From an uncultured Nitrososphaerales archaeon (GTDB lineage Archaea > Thermoproteota > Nitrososphaeria > Nitrososphaerales > Nitrososphaeraceae), in the NCBI GenBank assembly GCA_963841565.1, contig CAWJCY010000003.1:160001-224000 (forward strand): 64,000 bases of DNA, in the 5' to 3' direction. Below the pieces are notes generated by a model. That model saw nothing but the letters and a program-made list of their open reading frames with translations, made no database searches and was not told the origin of the DNA. A program made the position numbers and the translations under genes. This document shows, in pieces, positions 9,799 through 19,728 of the stretch. Position 1 is the stretch's first letter; each line of letters opens with the position of its first letter.

Positions 9799-11487
9799 GT
9801 GACAAGGATGAAGGGAGCAGAGGCCCTGATGCGCTCTCTGGAAAAGGAAGGTGTCGACATTGTTTTTGGTCTCCCAGGAGGAGCAAACCTTCCCATTTAC
9901 GACGCGCTGGTAGATGCAAAGATTCGTCACATTCTTGTCAGACATGAACAATCAGCTGCCCATATGGCAGACGGATATGCCAGAATAAAAAGGAAGGCTG
10001 GTGTATGTTTCGCAACATCTGGTCCTGGCGCAACAAATTTGATAACCGGCATAGCGACAGCTTACGCAGACTCTTCACCTATGGTCGCGGTCACCGGTCA
10101 AGTTCCTTTGGAGATGATAGGAAAGGATGCCTTCCAGGAAACAGACATCATAGGGATCGCAAACCCATGCACAAAGTATACATTTCAGCCTAGAAAGGCT
10201 ATCGAGATACCCGAAACCGTTAAGAAGGGATTTTACATTGCTGAAAGTGGAAGGCCAGGTCCAGTCCTAATCGACATTCCAAAAGACGTTCAACAAGATG
10301 CTCAAGATATAGAATTTCCTGATCTAATAAAAGTGAGAGGATACAATCCAGCTATTGAAAGCGATCTTTCAACGATCGGAAAGGCTACTGAATTATTATT
10401 GGCGGCTCGACGCCCTATAATTATGTCTGGCGGTGGCGTGAATCTGTCCGGAGCGTTTTCTGAATTGGAAGTCCTTGCAGAATTACTATTGGCTCCAGTC
10501 GTTACAACATTCAAGGGAAAGGGATCATTCCCTGAAAATCATCCCTTAGCGATGGGACCTATAGGAATGCACGGGCATGCCGAAGCTAATAAAATCATTT
10601 TAGAAGCAGATTGTATTCTGGCTATTGGCGCAAGATTTTCTGATAGGTCAGTTGGAAGGTTTGATGAGTTTGGTAAAGGCATGAATATAATTCATATGGA
10701 TATCGATCCTGCTGAAATTGGCAAGAATAAATCGGTTGATGTTGCCATTGTTGGAGATGTAAAATCATCGATGAAAACTATGATCAAGATCCTAAATAAA
10801 AAAATAGTCAATCGTAATGAGGAAAACCCTTGGCTAAGGAGAAGGAAGGAGCTTATAGATTACTATACTGAGAGCATCAAGGATTACCCGAGAGATCTTA
10901 CTGCCAGGAAGGTTCTCAAGAAACTGAGAGAGGTACTTCCCAATAACGCCATCGTTACAACTGAAGTTGGACAGTGTCAGATGTGGACGTCGCTTCATTT
11001 TGACGTTATTTCTCCAGGAACCTTCTTCAGTTCCACTGGACTTGGGACTATGGGTTTTGGATTCCCTGCCGCAATCGGAGCCAAGGCTGCACGACAGAAT
11101 GTTCCTGTCGTCGATATTGCCGGTGACGGATCGTTTAATATGAGTGAAAATTCTCTTGCCGTATCTGTACTAGAAAATCTTCCAGTCATAGTTATTTTGC
11201 TGAACAATTACATGCTCGGGATGGTGGCGCAATGGCAGAGAACATTCTATAATAGAAGGTACGAGGGAGTTCATCTTCATAATTGCCCTGACTATACCAA
11301 AATTGCAGATGCATATGGTGCTCAGGGGATAAGGATACAGTCGCTTTCGGAATTAGATAATGCAATTAGGTCAGCACTTAAGAGCAATGTGGCTACCGTA
11401 ATAGACATTCCAATTGACCCCGAGGAAGATGTTTATCCTTTTGTTGCGCCTGGAACAGGACTAAAGGACATGATTGTTGGTTCCTGA
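9799..11487 (+). CDS. ilvB: Acetolactate synthase large subunit
   Basis: FGLPGG, RHEQSAAHMADGYAR, TSGPGATN, GDGSF ThDP motif. Confidence 0.95.
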   Translation: MTRMKGAEALMRSLEKEGVDIVFGLPGGANLPIYDALVDAKIRHILVRHEQSAAHMADGYARIKRKAGVCFATSGPGATNLITGIATAYADSSPMVAVTGQVPLEMIGKDAFQETDIIGIANPCTKYTFQPRKAIEIPETVKKGFYIAESGRPGPVLIDIPKDVQQDAQDIEFPDLIKVRGYNPAIESDLSTIGKATELLLAARRPIIMSGGGVNLSGAFSELEVLAELLLAPVVTTFKGKGSFPENHPLAMGPIGMHGHAEANKIILEADCILAIGARFSDRSVGRFDEFGKGMNIIHMDIDPAEIGKNKSVDVAIVGDVKSSMKTMIKILNKKIVNRNEENPWLRRRKELIDYYTESIKDYPRDLTARKVLKKLREVLPNNAIVTTEVGQCQMWTSLHFDVISPGTFFSSTGLGTMGFGFPAAIGAKAARQNVPVVDIAGDGSFNMSENSLAVSVLENLPVIVILLNNYMLGMVAQWQRTFYNRRYEGVHLHNCPDYTKIADAYGAQGIRIQSLSELDNAIRSALKSNVATVIDIPIDPEEDVYPFVAPGTGLKDMIVGS

Positions 11488-11501
11488 GGTTGCATAGATA
11501 A

Positions 11502-12026
11502 ATGAATCAAATCGGGTTACTTCCAGAAAAAAAGGCTTCCGACGAGGTTTACATTTTATCTGCCTTAGTCGAGGATAAGCCAGGAGTTCTCTTTAGAGTC
11601 ACTAATTTATTTAGGGCTAGAAATTTCAATATAGAAAGCATTACCGTGGGTTACAGTGAGTCTGCCGACCTTTCGAGAATGACCATAACCACTAGAAGCG
11701 ATGATCGTACATTGGATCAACTTGTAAAGCAACTTCGAAAACTCATTGATGTAGTCGAAGTACGGGTGCTGGATAGAGTTAACACTGTCTATAGGGAATT
11801 GGCTCTCATAAAAATGAATGCTCAGGATCCGACCTCCAGGGCAGAAATTACTAATCTTGCTTCCGTTTTTCGTGGAAAAATACTAGATATAGACAAATTT
11901 ACACTAACGGTTGAGATCACAGGCACTCCGAGCAAGATTGACGCGTTTAGGAATTTGGTATCCGACTTTGGCATTGTTCAACTGGCACGTACTGGTGTTT
12001 CTGCATTGCCCAGGGGAGCGGCTTAG
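11502..12026 (+). CDS. ilvH: Acetolactate synthase small (regulatory, ACT) subunit
   Basis: LVEDKPGVL, FNIESITVG, RELALIK, LARTG; directly follows ilvB. Confidence 0.93.
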   Translation: MNQIGLLPEKKASDEVYILSALVEDKPGVLFRVTNLFRARNFNIESITVGYSESADLSRMTITTRSDDRTLDQLVKQLRKLIDVVEVRVLDRVNTVYRELALIKMNAQDPTSRAEITNLASVFRGKILDIDKFTLTVEITGTPSKIDAFRNLVSDFGIVQLARTGVSALPRGAA

Positions 12027-12180
12027 CCCTTAAATCCAAACGGATCAAATCGGCAGAGTTGAAAAATGGATATTTTGATACCTTATTAAGGGGATTCAGC
12101 ACCTCTCAAATACAATCGGGATGGGGAACTCATGACCTCTTAAAAAAGGGTGATTTAAAACGACTCGATATAACATAGCA

Positions 12181-13191
12181 ATGCTCAGCGGTGATGGAAT
12201 AGGACCAGAATTAATTGACTCGGCGACATGTATCCTGAACGCAATAAATGATAATTCGTCGGTAAAATTTACCTTAGTTCCCGTAGAAGCAGGGGATGGT
12301 GCCCTTTCAAGGTTCGGTAAGGCTTTACCGGAATTCACGCTATCCGCTATCCGTAAATCAGATGCTTGTTTGAAAGGGCCTGTGGGAGAGAGTGCCTCAG
12401 ATGTGATACTTGTTATTCGACAGCTTTTCGACCTGTATGCGAATATCCGACCCTTAAAGGCATACCCCAATACGAATTCTTTACATGACAATATAGATCT
12501 TGTAGTAGTGAGGGAGAATACTGAAGACCTTTATCTTGGGTGGGAATTTTGGTCAGATGAGGAAACTGTTATATCACTCAGGCGGACCAGCAAGAAAGCC
12601 ATTGAAAGGATAACTCGGTACGGTTTCAAACTAGCCAAATTAAGAAATAGACAGAGAAAGGTCAGCTTAGTTCACAAGGCGAATGTGTTGAAGAAAAGCG
12701 ATGGAATGTTCAGGAAAGTATGCTCCGAAATCGCATCACTAAACATTGATATTCAGTTCGAAGAGATGTACGTCGATGCATGTGCAATGAACCTTATTCG
12801 GAATCCTCAGGATTTTGATGTTATCGTGACGTCAAACCTCTTTGGCGACATTATTTCCGACGAGGCTGCGCAAGTAGTTGGAGGACTGGGCATGGGTCCG
12901 GCAGCAAATATAGGTAACAATTTCGGGGTGTTTGAACCAGTTCACGGGGCTGCTTTTGATATCCAAGGTAAGAATGTTTCAAATCCTACTTCGATTTTGC
13001 TTTCGGCTAGATTGATGCTTCAATGGTTGGGAACTGAGCGTGACGACAAGCAAGCCACGCTAGAGGGAGATCGGATAGAGGATGCAATATTTCGAATGTT
13101 AATTGAAAATAAGAAGACGAAGGATCTGGGCGGTAATCTTACTACTAAAGAATTCACAAGGAACGTCATGTCATATCTGTATGTAAGCTAG
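12181..13191 (+). CDS. leuB: Isocitrate/isopropylmalate dehydrogenase family (LeuB-like)
   Basis: GDGIGPE, RENTEDLY, HKANV, NLFGDIISD, FEPVHGAAFDI; follows ilvBH; true start uncertain. Confidence 0.75.
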   Translation: MLSGDGIGPELIDSATCILNAINDNSSVKFTLVPVEAGDGALSRFGKALPEFTLSAIRKSDACLKGPVGESASDVILVIRQLFDLYANIRPLKAYPNTNSLHDNIDLVVVRENTEDLYLGWEFWSDEETVISLRRTSKKAIERITRYGFKLAKLRNRQRKVSLVHKANVLKKSDGMFRKVCSEIASLNIDIQFEEMYVDACAMNLIRNPQDFDVIVTSNLFGDIISDEAAQVVGGLGMGPAANIGNNFGVFEPVHGAAFDIQGKNVSNPTSILLSARLMLQWLGTERDDKQATLEGDRIEDAIFRMLIENKKTKDLGGNLTTKEFTRNVMSYLYVS

Positions 13192-13308
13192 TTGTGCGAC
13201 CGTGAATGGTACTTACAACTAAAATTTGTAAAAATTGATTGGATAACGGCGCTAATTGATACTATGAAGGATTTGTATATAAGTCCGAACGTTACTTAAT
13301 TTATCGTC

Positions 13309-13503
13309 ATGGAGGTCAACGGTGAAACAATTACGGGTGTTGCTCTGATTTTCTTATCAGCATTGTTTCTTTATGCTGGGATGATTAACGAGGCTTGGTC
13401 ACTTTTGGTTCCTGCAGATTTTTTGATCCTGGCTATCGGCATTGGCTTTCTCAGCTTAGGGATCATTACATTACGGCGAAAGAAGAGGCACCAGATAGCA
13501 TAG
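13309..13503 (+). CDS. Small two-TM membrane protein
   Basis: 64 aa, two hydrophobic segments, basic tail; TATA-like element upstream. Confidence 0.7.
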   Translation: MEVNGETITGVALIFLSALFLYAGMINEAWSLLVPADFLILAIGIGFLSLGIITLRRKKRHQIA

Positions 13504-13587
13504 AGTTAGGTATGACTTGAATATTTTGATCTGGCATGGTTAACCTTTGGCCAGATTTATAAATAAGTATATCTCTACTTTTACAAA

Positions 13588-13758
13588 TTGGGTAGTCGGA
13601 GAAAATCAAGGAATAAACCGATACGGAAGACTAGGACTGTTGAGGGAAGATGTCCTAAATGCACAACGATTGTGAGGTTTAACGTAAGTGGCCAAGTAGG
13701 CGATGAAATTTATGAATGCACCGGATGTATGTCAAAGTTTCACATAGATACTCTCTAG
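13588..13758 (+). CDS. Small basic zinc-ribbon protein (56 aa)
   Basis: Manual translation from TTG: MGSRRKSRNKPIRKTRTVEGRCPKCTTIVRFNVSGQVGDEIYECTGCMSKFHIDTL*. Confidence 0.7.
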   Translation: MGSRRKSRNKPIRKTRTVEGRCPKCTTIVRFNVSGQVGDEIYECTGCMSKFHIDTL

Positions 13759-13885
13759 TACTCTGCTACTAAGCTTGGATAGGTGGCTGATCTAAGTGAT
13801 TGGTTGGTCTTCAATCATAAATTTCGTAATGTTGGGTAATTCGAAATAAACCAGATTAAAAAGGCATATAGGATAAAAGGCCAAT

Positions 13886-14158
13886 ATGAGTTCAATGGAT
13901 GGGAAATTGCAGTATGACGGAAAGGTATTTCTTTATAGCAGTGGAATGCCTGATGATCTGATCAAGAGAAGTAAATTGAAATTGGTGGAGATTGGGGTTT
14001 CTGACGAGGACATTTTGGTAATTACTGTGCCTGAGGGAGTGCCAGAGGGTTCAATAATGGTCACAATCTGGCCGCATTATCTGTCGGTAGCAAAAGTTAG
14101 GAAGGTGAGAGAGGGGTCAATATACGCTCCCCAACTTTTTAATATCGACCTTTTATAA
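13886..14158 (+). CDS. Hypothetical protein
   Basis: 90-aa ATG ORF with protein-like composition, co-oriented with neighbours. Confidence 0.7.
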   Translation: MSSMDGKLQYDGKVFLYSSGMPDDLIKRSKLKLVEIGVSDEDILVITVPEGVPEGSIMVTIWPHYLSVAKVRKVREGSIYAPQLFNIDLL

Positions 14159-14202
14159 ACTATCGAATTAAGGGGCATTTATGGGAATGGATAAACGAGT
14201 TG

Positions 14203-14349
14203 ATGCTTCTAACATATTTTTGTAAAAAAGGAAGACACTCTGATTGTCCGGGGGAATGGCCTATGGGAGAACCGTGTGATGAAAATAATGATTGCTCATT
14301 CGATGTGGCTATTAAAAGATGCAAATGTGAATGCCATCAGGCCCGATAA
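14203..14349 (+). CDS. Small Cys/His-rich protein (48 aa, ends CxCxCH)
   Basis: Manual translation MLLTYFCKKGRHSDCPGEWPMGEPCDENNDCSFDVAIKRCKCECHQAR*; 7 Cys. Confidence 0.65.
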   Translation: MLLTYFCKKGRHSDCPGEWPMGEPCDENNDCSFDVAIKRCKCECHQAR

Positions 14350-14463
14350 ACTTCTAACCTCAAACGTATCTTTTTTTTGTATTTGACATGCTGTAAATGA
14401 TTCGGGGTCAGGAAAAGTTAAGAAGCATACAATCACCCATCATTTCAGTCAGCCACCACTTCA

Positions 14464-15027
14464 TCATACCCCTTCAAGATTGAATCCTATTCTCCTCATT
14501 AAATGTTTAGCTACCTCTTGTATCCGATTCGCGACTCTCACAACTACTATTCCCTCTGAAGGTTGTCCATAAAGGATTCTCGAATCAGTTGGCGCGTACG
14601 CGATTAATGGAAGTGCAATAAGGTCCTCTTCACCCCTTACATTTACCAAGACTGGGGCCTGACTCGTTAGTGCACGAATGAGAATATTAATCGCTTCCAA
14701 GGATATTGATCCCGGCTGATTATTGCAGGTAAGCTCGACTAGTTCCACACCTGAAAGTGCTCCTGTGATCTTAGATTTCAGCTTAGAGACGCTTGTTTTG
14801 GAAACTAACCTCTTCTCAAAACCATCAACAACGCTCACATCGGGGACAATACTGAAACTGATAACCTTTGCCGTGGTAGTATCTCCTACAGTGATCAACT
14901 TGCGGGTTGCATGGCGTAGCTCAATTATTTTGTGCTTTTCAACCTGATCATAGCTAATCAGTTCTCCGAGAGGCTTCCTCAGATAATCAATAATCTCCTT
15001 TTGAACTGGCTTCACATCGTGACTCAT
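14464..15027 (-). CDS. GTP-dependent dephospho-CoA kinase (DUF359)
   Basis: LRKPLG, TVGDTT, PDVSVVDG, GEEDL, LYGQP motifs. Confidence 0.88.
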   Translation of the reverse strand: MSHDVKPVQKEIIDYLRKPLGELISYDQVEKHKIIELRHATRKLITVGDTTTAKVISFSIVPDVSVVDGFEKRLVSKTSVSKLKSKITGALSGVELVELTCNNQPGSISLEAINILIRALTSQAPVLVNVRGEEDLIALPLIAYAPTDSRILYGQPSEGIVVVRVANRIQEVAKHLMRRIGFNLEGV

Positions 15028-16115
15028 TCCATCGGCGTCGTTGAGGCTTTTTCCGCAATATCATTGTCCCTAACGGTAGCAGCTATTACGCTAATACGTC
15101 CAGCGACCAGCTTTGATATCTTTCCAAAGGCTAAACCAGCCAATGAATCTGGTTCCACCAACGTCACCGGTCTACCAAGGTCACTTCCTTCTCTTATTGA
15201 AGGATGCAAAGGGATTTCACCCAAGAAAGGTACATTGAACTTTTCGCTAATCTTCTGTCCTCCACCCCTACCGAAGGTGTAAGTATTCTCGCCACAGTGC
15301 GGACAGACAAGAAAACTCATGTTTTCAACCACTCCTAGTATTGGAATGTTAAGTTTGTTGAACATCCCAACAGATTTGATAGCAACATTCATTGCTACAT
15401 CTTGCGGGGTAGTTACAATTAAGACACCGGTGATAGGTAGTGTCTGCGCCATCGTGAGAGGGGCATCACCTGTCCCTGGAGGCAGATCTATGAGAAGGTA
15501 ATCCAATTCTCCCCATTCTACATCGGTTATGAATTGCTTTATGATTCCTGAAACTATTGGCCCACGATAGATACCTGCTTGCTGCGACTGTTCGTAAAAG
15601 AAGCCCATAGAAATAACCTTCACTCCGTTCGAAACGACAGGCTGTATCTTGTTGTTTACGATCGGTGGTGAATCTTTTATCCCTAACATTAGCGGAACAC
15701 TAGGACCATAAATGTCTGCGTCTAAAAGGCCGACGCTAGCGCCCGACTTGGCCAACGCCAATGCTAAATTCACTGCCACAGTTGTCTTTCCTACTCCTCC
15801 TTTTCCGCTGGCAACCGCAAAAATATTCTTGACCTTGGGGAGCAATTCATCCATTGAAATCGCTCTTCCTTCCATAACTTTGGCAGTAACTTTAAGATCC
15901 AAGTCATTCACTCCTATACTTTGCATGGAATTTCTCACTTCCTGTTCAATTTCGCTATTGAAAGGACAGGCGGGGGTAGTTAATTCAAGAGTAAATGATA
16001 CTTTTTTATCCTTAATGCTTAGATCTTTAATCATACCCATAGATACAATATCCTTGTGTAATTCTGGATCCACAACCTTCTTGAGGGAGGACATAACCTG
16101 ATCCACGTCAGTCAT
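15024..16115 (-). CDS. Mrp/NBP35/ApbC Fe-S cluster carrier ATPase with N-terminal DUF59-like domain
   Basis: DPEL..DIV..G, LTTPACP, SGKGGVGKTT, DADIYGPS, DLPPGTGD, ENMS..CPHCG. Confidence 0.92.
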   Translation of the reverse strand: MTDVDQVMSSLKKVVDPELHKDIVSMGMIKDLSIKDKKVSFTLELTTPACPFNSEIEQEVRNSMQSIGVNDLDLKVTAKVMEGRAISMDELLPKVKNIFAVASGKGGVGKTTVAVNLALALAKSGASVGLLDADIYGPSVPLMLGIKDSPPIVNNKIQPVVSNGVKVISMGFFYEQSQQAGIYRGPIVSGIIKQFITDVEWGELDYLLIDLPPGTGDAPLTMAQTLPITGVLIVTTPQDVAMNVAIKSVGMFNKLNIPILGVVENMSFLVCPHCGENTYTFGRGGGQKISEKFNVPFLGEIPLHPSIREGSDLGRPVTLVEPDSLAGLAFGKISKLVAGRISVIAATVRDNDIAEKASTTPME

Positions 16116-16373
16116 ATGCTACAAGTAGTTTGAAGTTCACAATATTTAAATCGTTAACAATTTTAATACTTGGGTTGGGACCGTCAATTGCGTGGTACTC
16201 CCATTGAGATCAGGCTTCTAAAACATATATTAAATGAAAAAAATTTCGTTCTGGTAAGAATCACCACAATCCAGGGATCCAAGCTGTATCATTCAAAGCT
16301 ACAAAAGGTCAGTATATGATTATCTTATCCAAAGGTTAATAAATTGATGTTCCGTCGCTATCAATTGTATATC

Positions 16374-16976
16374 ATGTTTGCGATCGTGCATATGAGCGAC
16401 GTTATAAGAATCCCTCCCGATCGATTAACCCCGTCTCTTAATAGAACTGCGATTGGAATTCTTAAAGAGAAATACGAGAGTATGATTAGCCCTGAGCTTG
16501 GGTATGTTATCATGATTATAGAGGCATCTACAAACCCCGTGGGTAAGCTCGTCGCAGGTGACGGAGCAACATATCATAGAGTGAGTTTTAAGGCCTTAAC
16601 ATTCTTTCCAAGATTACAGGAAATAGTTGAAGGAGAGATAGTTGAGATAACTGATTTTGGAGCATTTGTCAGGATAGGGCCTACCGATGCCTTACTCCAC
16701 TTGTCCCAGATAACAGACGACTTTCTTAAGAGTGATGTGAAGCAAGGGATAATTTTGGCAAATCAGTCTTCTAGGTCTATTAAAATTGGGTCCAGGTTAA
16801 GAGGAAGGATAACAGCAGTCAGTCTAGGTAAAGGGGCCGCCATGGGAAAAATAGGAATTACGTGTAGACAGCCATTTTTGGGGGCCCTGGAATGGATTGA
16901 ACAGGATGTCCTTAAGTCACAACAGACTCAGTCTACAGTTCCAATAAAGGAAAAAAAGCGAGGTACCAGTAAGTAA
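16374..16976 (+). CDS. rpoE1: DNA-directed RNA polymerase subunit E' (Rpo7)
   Basis: DVIRIPP, GDGATY, GEIVEITDFGAFVRIGPTDALLHLSQI, CRQPFLG. Confidence 0.95.
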   Translation: MFAIVHMSDVIRIPPDRLTPSLNRTAIGILKEKYESMISPELGYVIMIIEASTNPVGKLVAGDGATYHRVSFKALTFFPRLQEIVEGEIVEITDFGAFVRIGPTDALLHLSQITDDFLKSDVKQGIILANQSSRSIKIGSRLRGRITAVSLGKGAAMGKIGITCRQPFLGALEWIEQDVLKSQQTQSTVPIKEKKRGTSK

Positions 16977-17164
16977 TGCCGAGGGAACTTGCGTGTAAGA
17001 AATGTAAGGCGCTGACCATCGGAAAAGTTTGCCCTGTGTGTAGTTCCACTGATTTAACGCCTCACTGGACAGGGATGATATTGGTATTCGATCCTTCCAA
17101 TTCTCATGTGGCCACGACTCTTGACCTTCGCGTCCCTCACAAATATGCATTAAAAGCTACATGA
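16976..17164 (+). CDS. spt4: Transcription elongation factor Spt4 (RpoE'')
   Basis: ACKKC..CPVC..WTG; overlaps rpoE1 stop. Confidence 0.92.
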   Translation: MPRELACKKCKALTIGKVCPVCSSTDLTPHWTGMILVFDPSNSHVATTLDLRVPHKYALKAT

Positions 17165-18066
17165 GTCCTCTTCGTGGGCCGGAAAACGTTGTGTCCTTAT
17201 CTGAGTATCTAATTCGACGAAACCGCATCCTTTCGTATCTTGAAGAGGACCTTGGTAGCGGTGATATCACAAGCGAAGTAGTGATACCGTCAGATTTCCA
17301 TGCCGAAGCTGAGGTGTGGTGTAAGGGAACTTCAGACAGCGTAGTGATTTGTGGCGTGGAGGAAGCATGTATTGCCTTGGAGATTTGCGGCTGCCATACT
17401 TCGAAACTAGTTGAAGATGGGGCTATTGTAACCGGCAATCAACAAGTAATCGCAGTGAAAGGAAATGCCAGGGAGATACTCAAAGCCGAACGAACTGCCT
17501 TAAACTTGCTAATGCGCATGAGCGGAGTAGCGACAGAAAGTAGAAAATACGACGTACTCTTAAGAAAGCTTGGTGTCAATACTCTGATCACAGCTACTAG
17601 AAAGACATCTCCCGGGATGAGAGTATTTGATAAGAAGGCCATAGCGACCGGAGGTGGACATCCTCACCGAATGGGGCTATACGACAAGGTCCTCATAAAG
17701 GATAACCATATTGCGATTGTGGGGAATGCTAGTGACTGCGTAAGCATGGCGAGGAAACAAGTCGGAAAGAACCAAGAGATAGAATGCGAAGTTCGTTCTG
17801 AAGATGAACTCATTTCCGTTATTCTGGCTGGTGCAGACATCGTCATGTTGGACAACTTTTCCGCGGAAAATGCGAAGGCGGCCATGTCTAATTTACGTGA
17901 TATGGGCCTAAGAAATCGTGTACTTGTGGAGATTTCAGGAGGTATCAATGAATCTAATTTCCAAGATTTTGCCCAGCTAAACCCAGATTTCATATCAGTA
18001 GGTTCTATAACACATTCTGCTAGGGCAGTCGATTTTAGTATGACTATCCAATCCTATAATAGATAA
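17161..18066 (+). CDS. nadC: Quinolinate phosphoribosyltransferase
   Basis: EDLGSGDITS, AERTALN, TRKT, HRMGL, LIKDNH, MLDN, EISGGI. Confidence 0.95.
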   Translation: MSPLRGPENVVSLSEYLIRRNRILSYLEEDLGSGDITSEVVIPSDFHAEAEVWCKGTSDSVVICGVEEACIALEICGCHTSKLVEDGAIVTGNQQVIAVKGNAREILKAERTALNLLMRMSGVATESRKYDVLLRKLGVNTLITATRKTSPGMRVFDKKAIATGGGHPHRMGLYDKVLIKDNHIAIVGNASDCVSMARKQVGKNQEIECEVRSEDELISVILAGADIVMLDNFSAENAKAAMSNLRDMGLRNRVLVEISGGINESNFQDFAQLNPDFISVGSITHSARAVDFSMTIQSYNR

Positions 18067-18143
18067 GGATAGTTTGCAAGTATCCCGGCTTGCATGCTCA
18101 TCCCTTAATGTCATTCAATCTAAGATAAGAAAGGCTAATCAAA

Positions 18144-19088
18144 TCAGACGGCTAGCATCCTTTCAATTGCTAGTCTTGCTTGTGACCTCACTTTATCGGG
18201 GACGTTCACCACATGGACATTTTTCCTTAGAGAGTGATACACCTTTTCGAGTGTGATCATCTTCATATATTTGCATATAGCATCTTCTTTCAACGGTAGG
18301 AAGGTCTTGTCAGGGTTCTGATTTTTCATCCTATGAAGAATCCCTATTTCAGTTGCCACTATGAATTTCTTGGAATGTGAAGACGATGCATATTTAATCA
18401 TTCCCTCAGTAGAAAGTACATGGCACGATTTGTTGATATCACCCTCCCCATAATGATATAGTGCTGATGTAGTACATCCACATTCAGGATGAATCAAAAG
18501 TTCAGAGTCGGATTCGGCATCAAGATACTTGTTGATATCGCGAAATGTCATTCCTGCATGCACGTGACATTCGCCTGGCCAAATATGCATATTCTTCCTG
18601 TTAGTTTGCCTGGCGACATATGACCCCAGGAACATGTCTGGTAGAAAAAGTATCTCTTTGTCGGCTGGAATAGAGTTTGTAATTTCTACTGCATTAGAGG
18701 AGGTGCAACAATAATCAGACAACGCCTTGATTTCAGCTGATGTATTGACATAACTAATAACGATAGCCTCTGGATGTTTTGATTTCCATCTGATAAGTTC
18801 ATCAGGATTAATTGCCGAAGCCAGAGAGCATCCAGCCTGGGTATCTGGTATCAATACTGTTTTTTCGGGGCACAATATAGCCGCAGTCTCAGCCATGAAG
18901 TGGACCCCACAAAATACGATAAGATCTGCATCTGTACCGGCAGCGGCTCTAGAAAGGGCCAGTGAATCACCAACAAAATCCGCAATATCCTGAATTTCTG
19001 GGTTCTGGTAGTTATGAGCCAGAATAACTGCGTTCAACTCTTTCTTCAGCTGTCTTATTTTTACATCGTAATTTTCAATTTCTAACAT
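18144..19088 (-). CDS. nadA: Quinolinate synthase
   Basis: ILAHNYQ, GDSL, FCGVHFMAETA, AGCSLA, YVNTSA, CHVH, HPEC. Confidence 0.95.
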   Translation of the reverse strand: MLEIENYDVKIRQLKKELNAVILAHNYQNPEIQDIADFVGDSLALSRAAAGTDADLIVFCGVHFMAETAAILCPEKTVLIPDTQAGCSLASAINPDELIRWKSKHPEAIVISYVNTSAEIKALSDYCCTSSNAVEITNSIPADKEILFLPDMFLGSYVARQTNRKNMHIWPGECHVHAGMTFRDINKYLDAESDSELLIHPECGCTTSALYHYGEGDINKSCHVLSTEGMIKYASSSHSKKFIVATEIGILHRMKNQNPDKTFLPLKEDAICKYMKMITLEKVYHSLRKNVHVVNVPDKVRSQARLAIERMLAV

Positions 19089-19502
19089 TATCTTAATTTG
19101 AAGAGACTGAACGCTTACACAATTTAAAGCAGTACAATCCAGGATGGATTTGCAACCTTCTTCCAATTAGTGGGCAATAGTTGCCCCTTTAAGCTGCAAG
19201 TGACCAAAATACCAGTACAATTGACATGATTTCAATTGAAGCAGAAGTAGAAAACAGATGGTCTCAGGAAATCAGCATTGAAAAAACCACCCAATCGCTG
19301 ATTCAAAGTTGTCATATTATTCATTGGAGAGGGGTACGCAACTGAATTACGGTTTGCTCACCACTTAGAAAGGGAAACGGCGAAACACAAATCTAAATTC
19401 ATGTTAAATGCACCCATTGTTTTGATTCCATGTATTTGCCGAATCCTATCACTGAGCAAATTTAGAATTTATATATGTGTTATATGTATATGCATTAAGT
19501 AG

Positions 19503-19682
19503 ATGCCAACACATGGATCGTTAACAAAGGCTGGAAAGGTTAGAGGGCAAACTCCAAAAATTCAAGGAAAGGTGAGAGACAGTCCTATTTCCAGGTTGCG
19601 TAACAAGAATAATTATAGTAAGCGGTTCGAAAAAAGAAGGGCTCCTGGTCAAAGAAAACCTGAAAGAGGTCCTAGGCGTTAA
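19503..19682 (+). CDS. rps30e: 30S ribosomal protein S30e (not in ORF track)
   Basis: Manual translation [23 protein letters not shown]...; [16 protein letters not shown] signature. Confidence 0.93.
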   Translation: MPTHGSLTKAGKVRGQTPKIQGKVRDSPISRLRNKNNYSKRFEKRRAPGQRKPERGPRR

Positions 19683-19728
19683 AGCGCTTCGGCGAACAGT
19701 ATGGTATTAAGTTGATCCTGAACCACTC

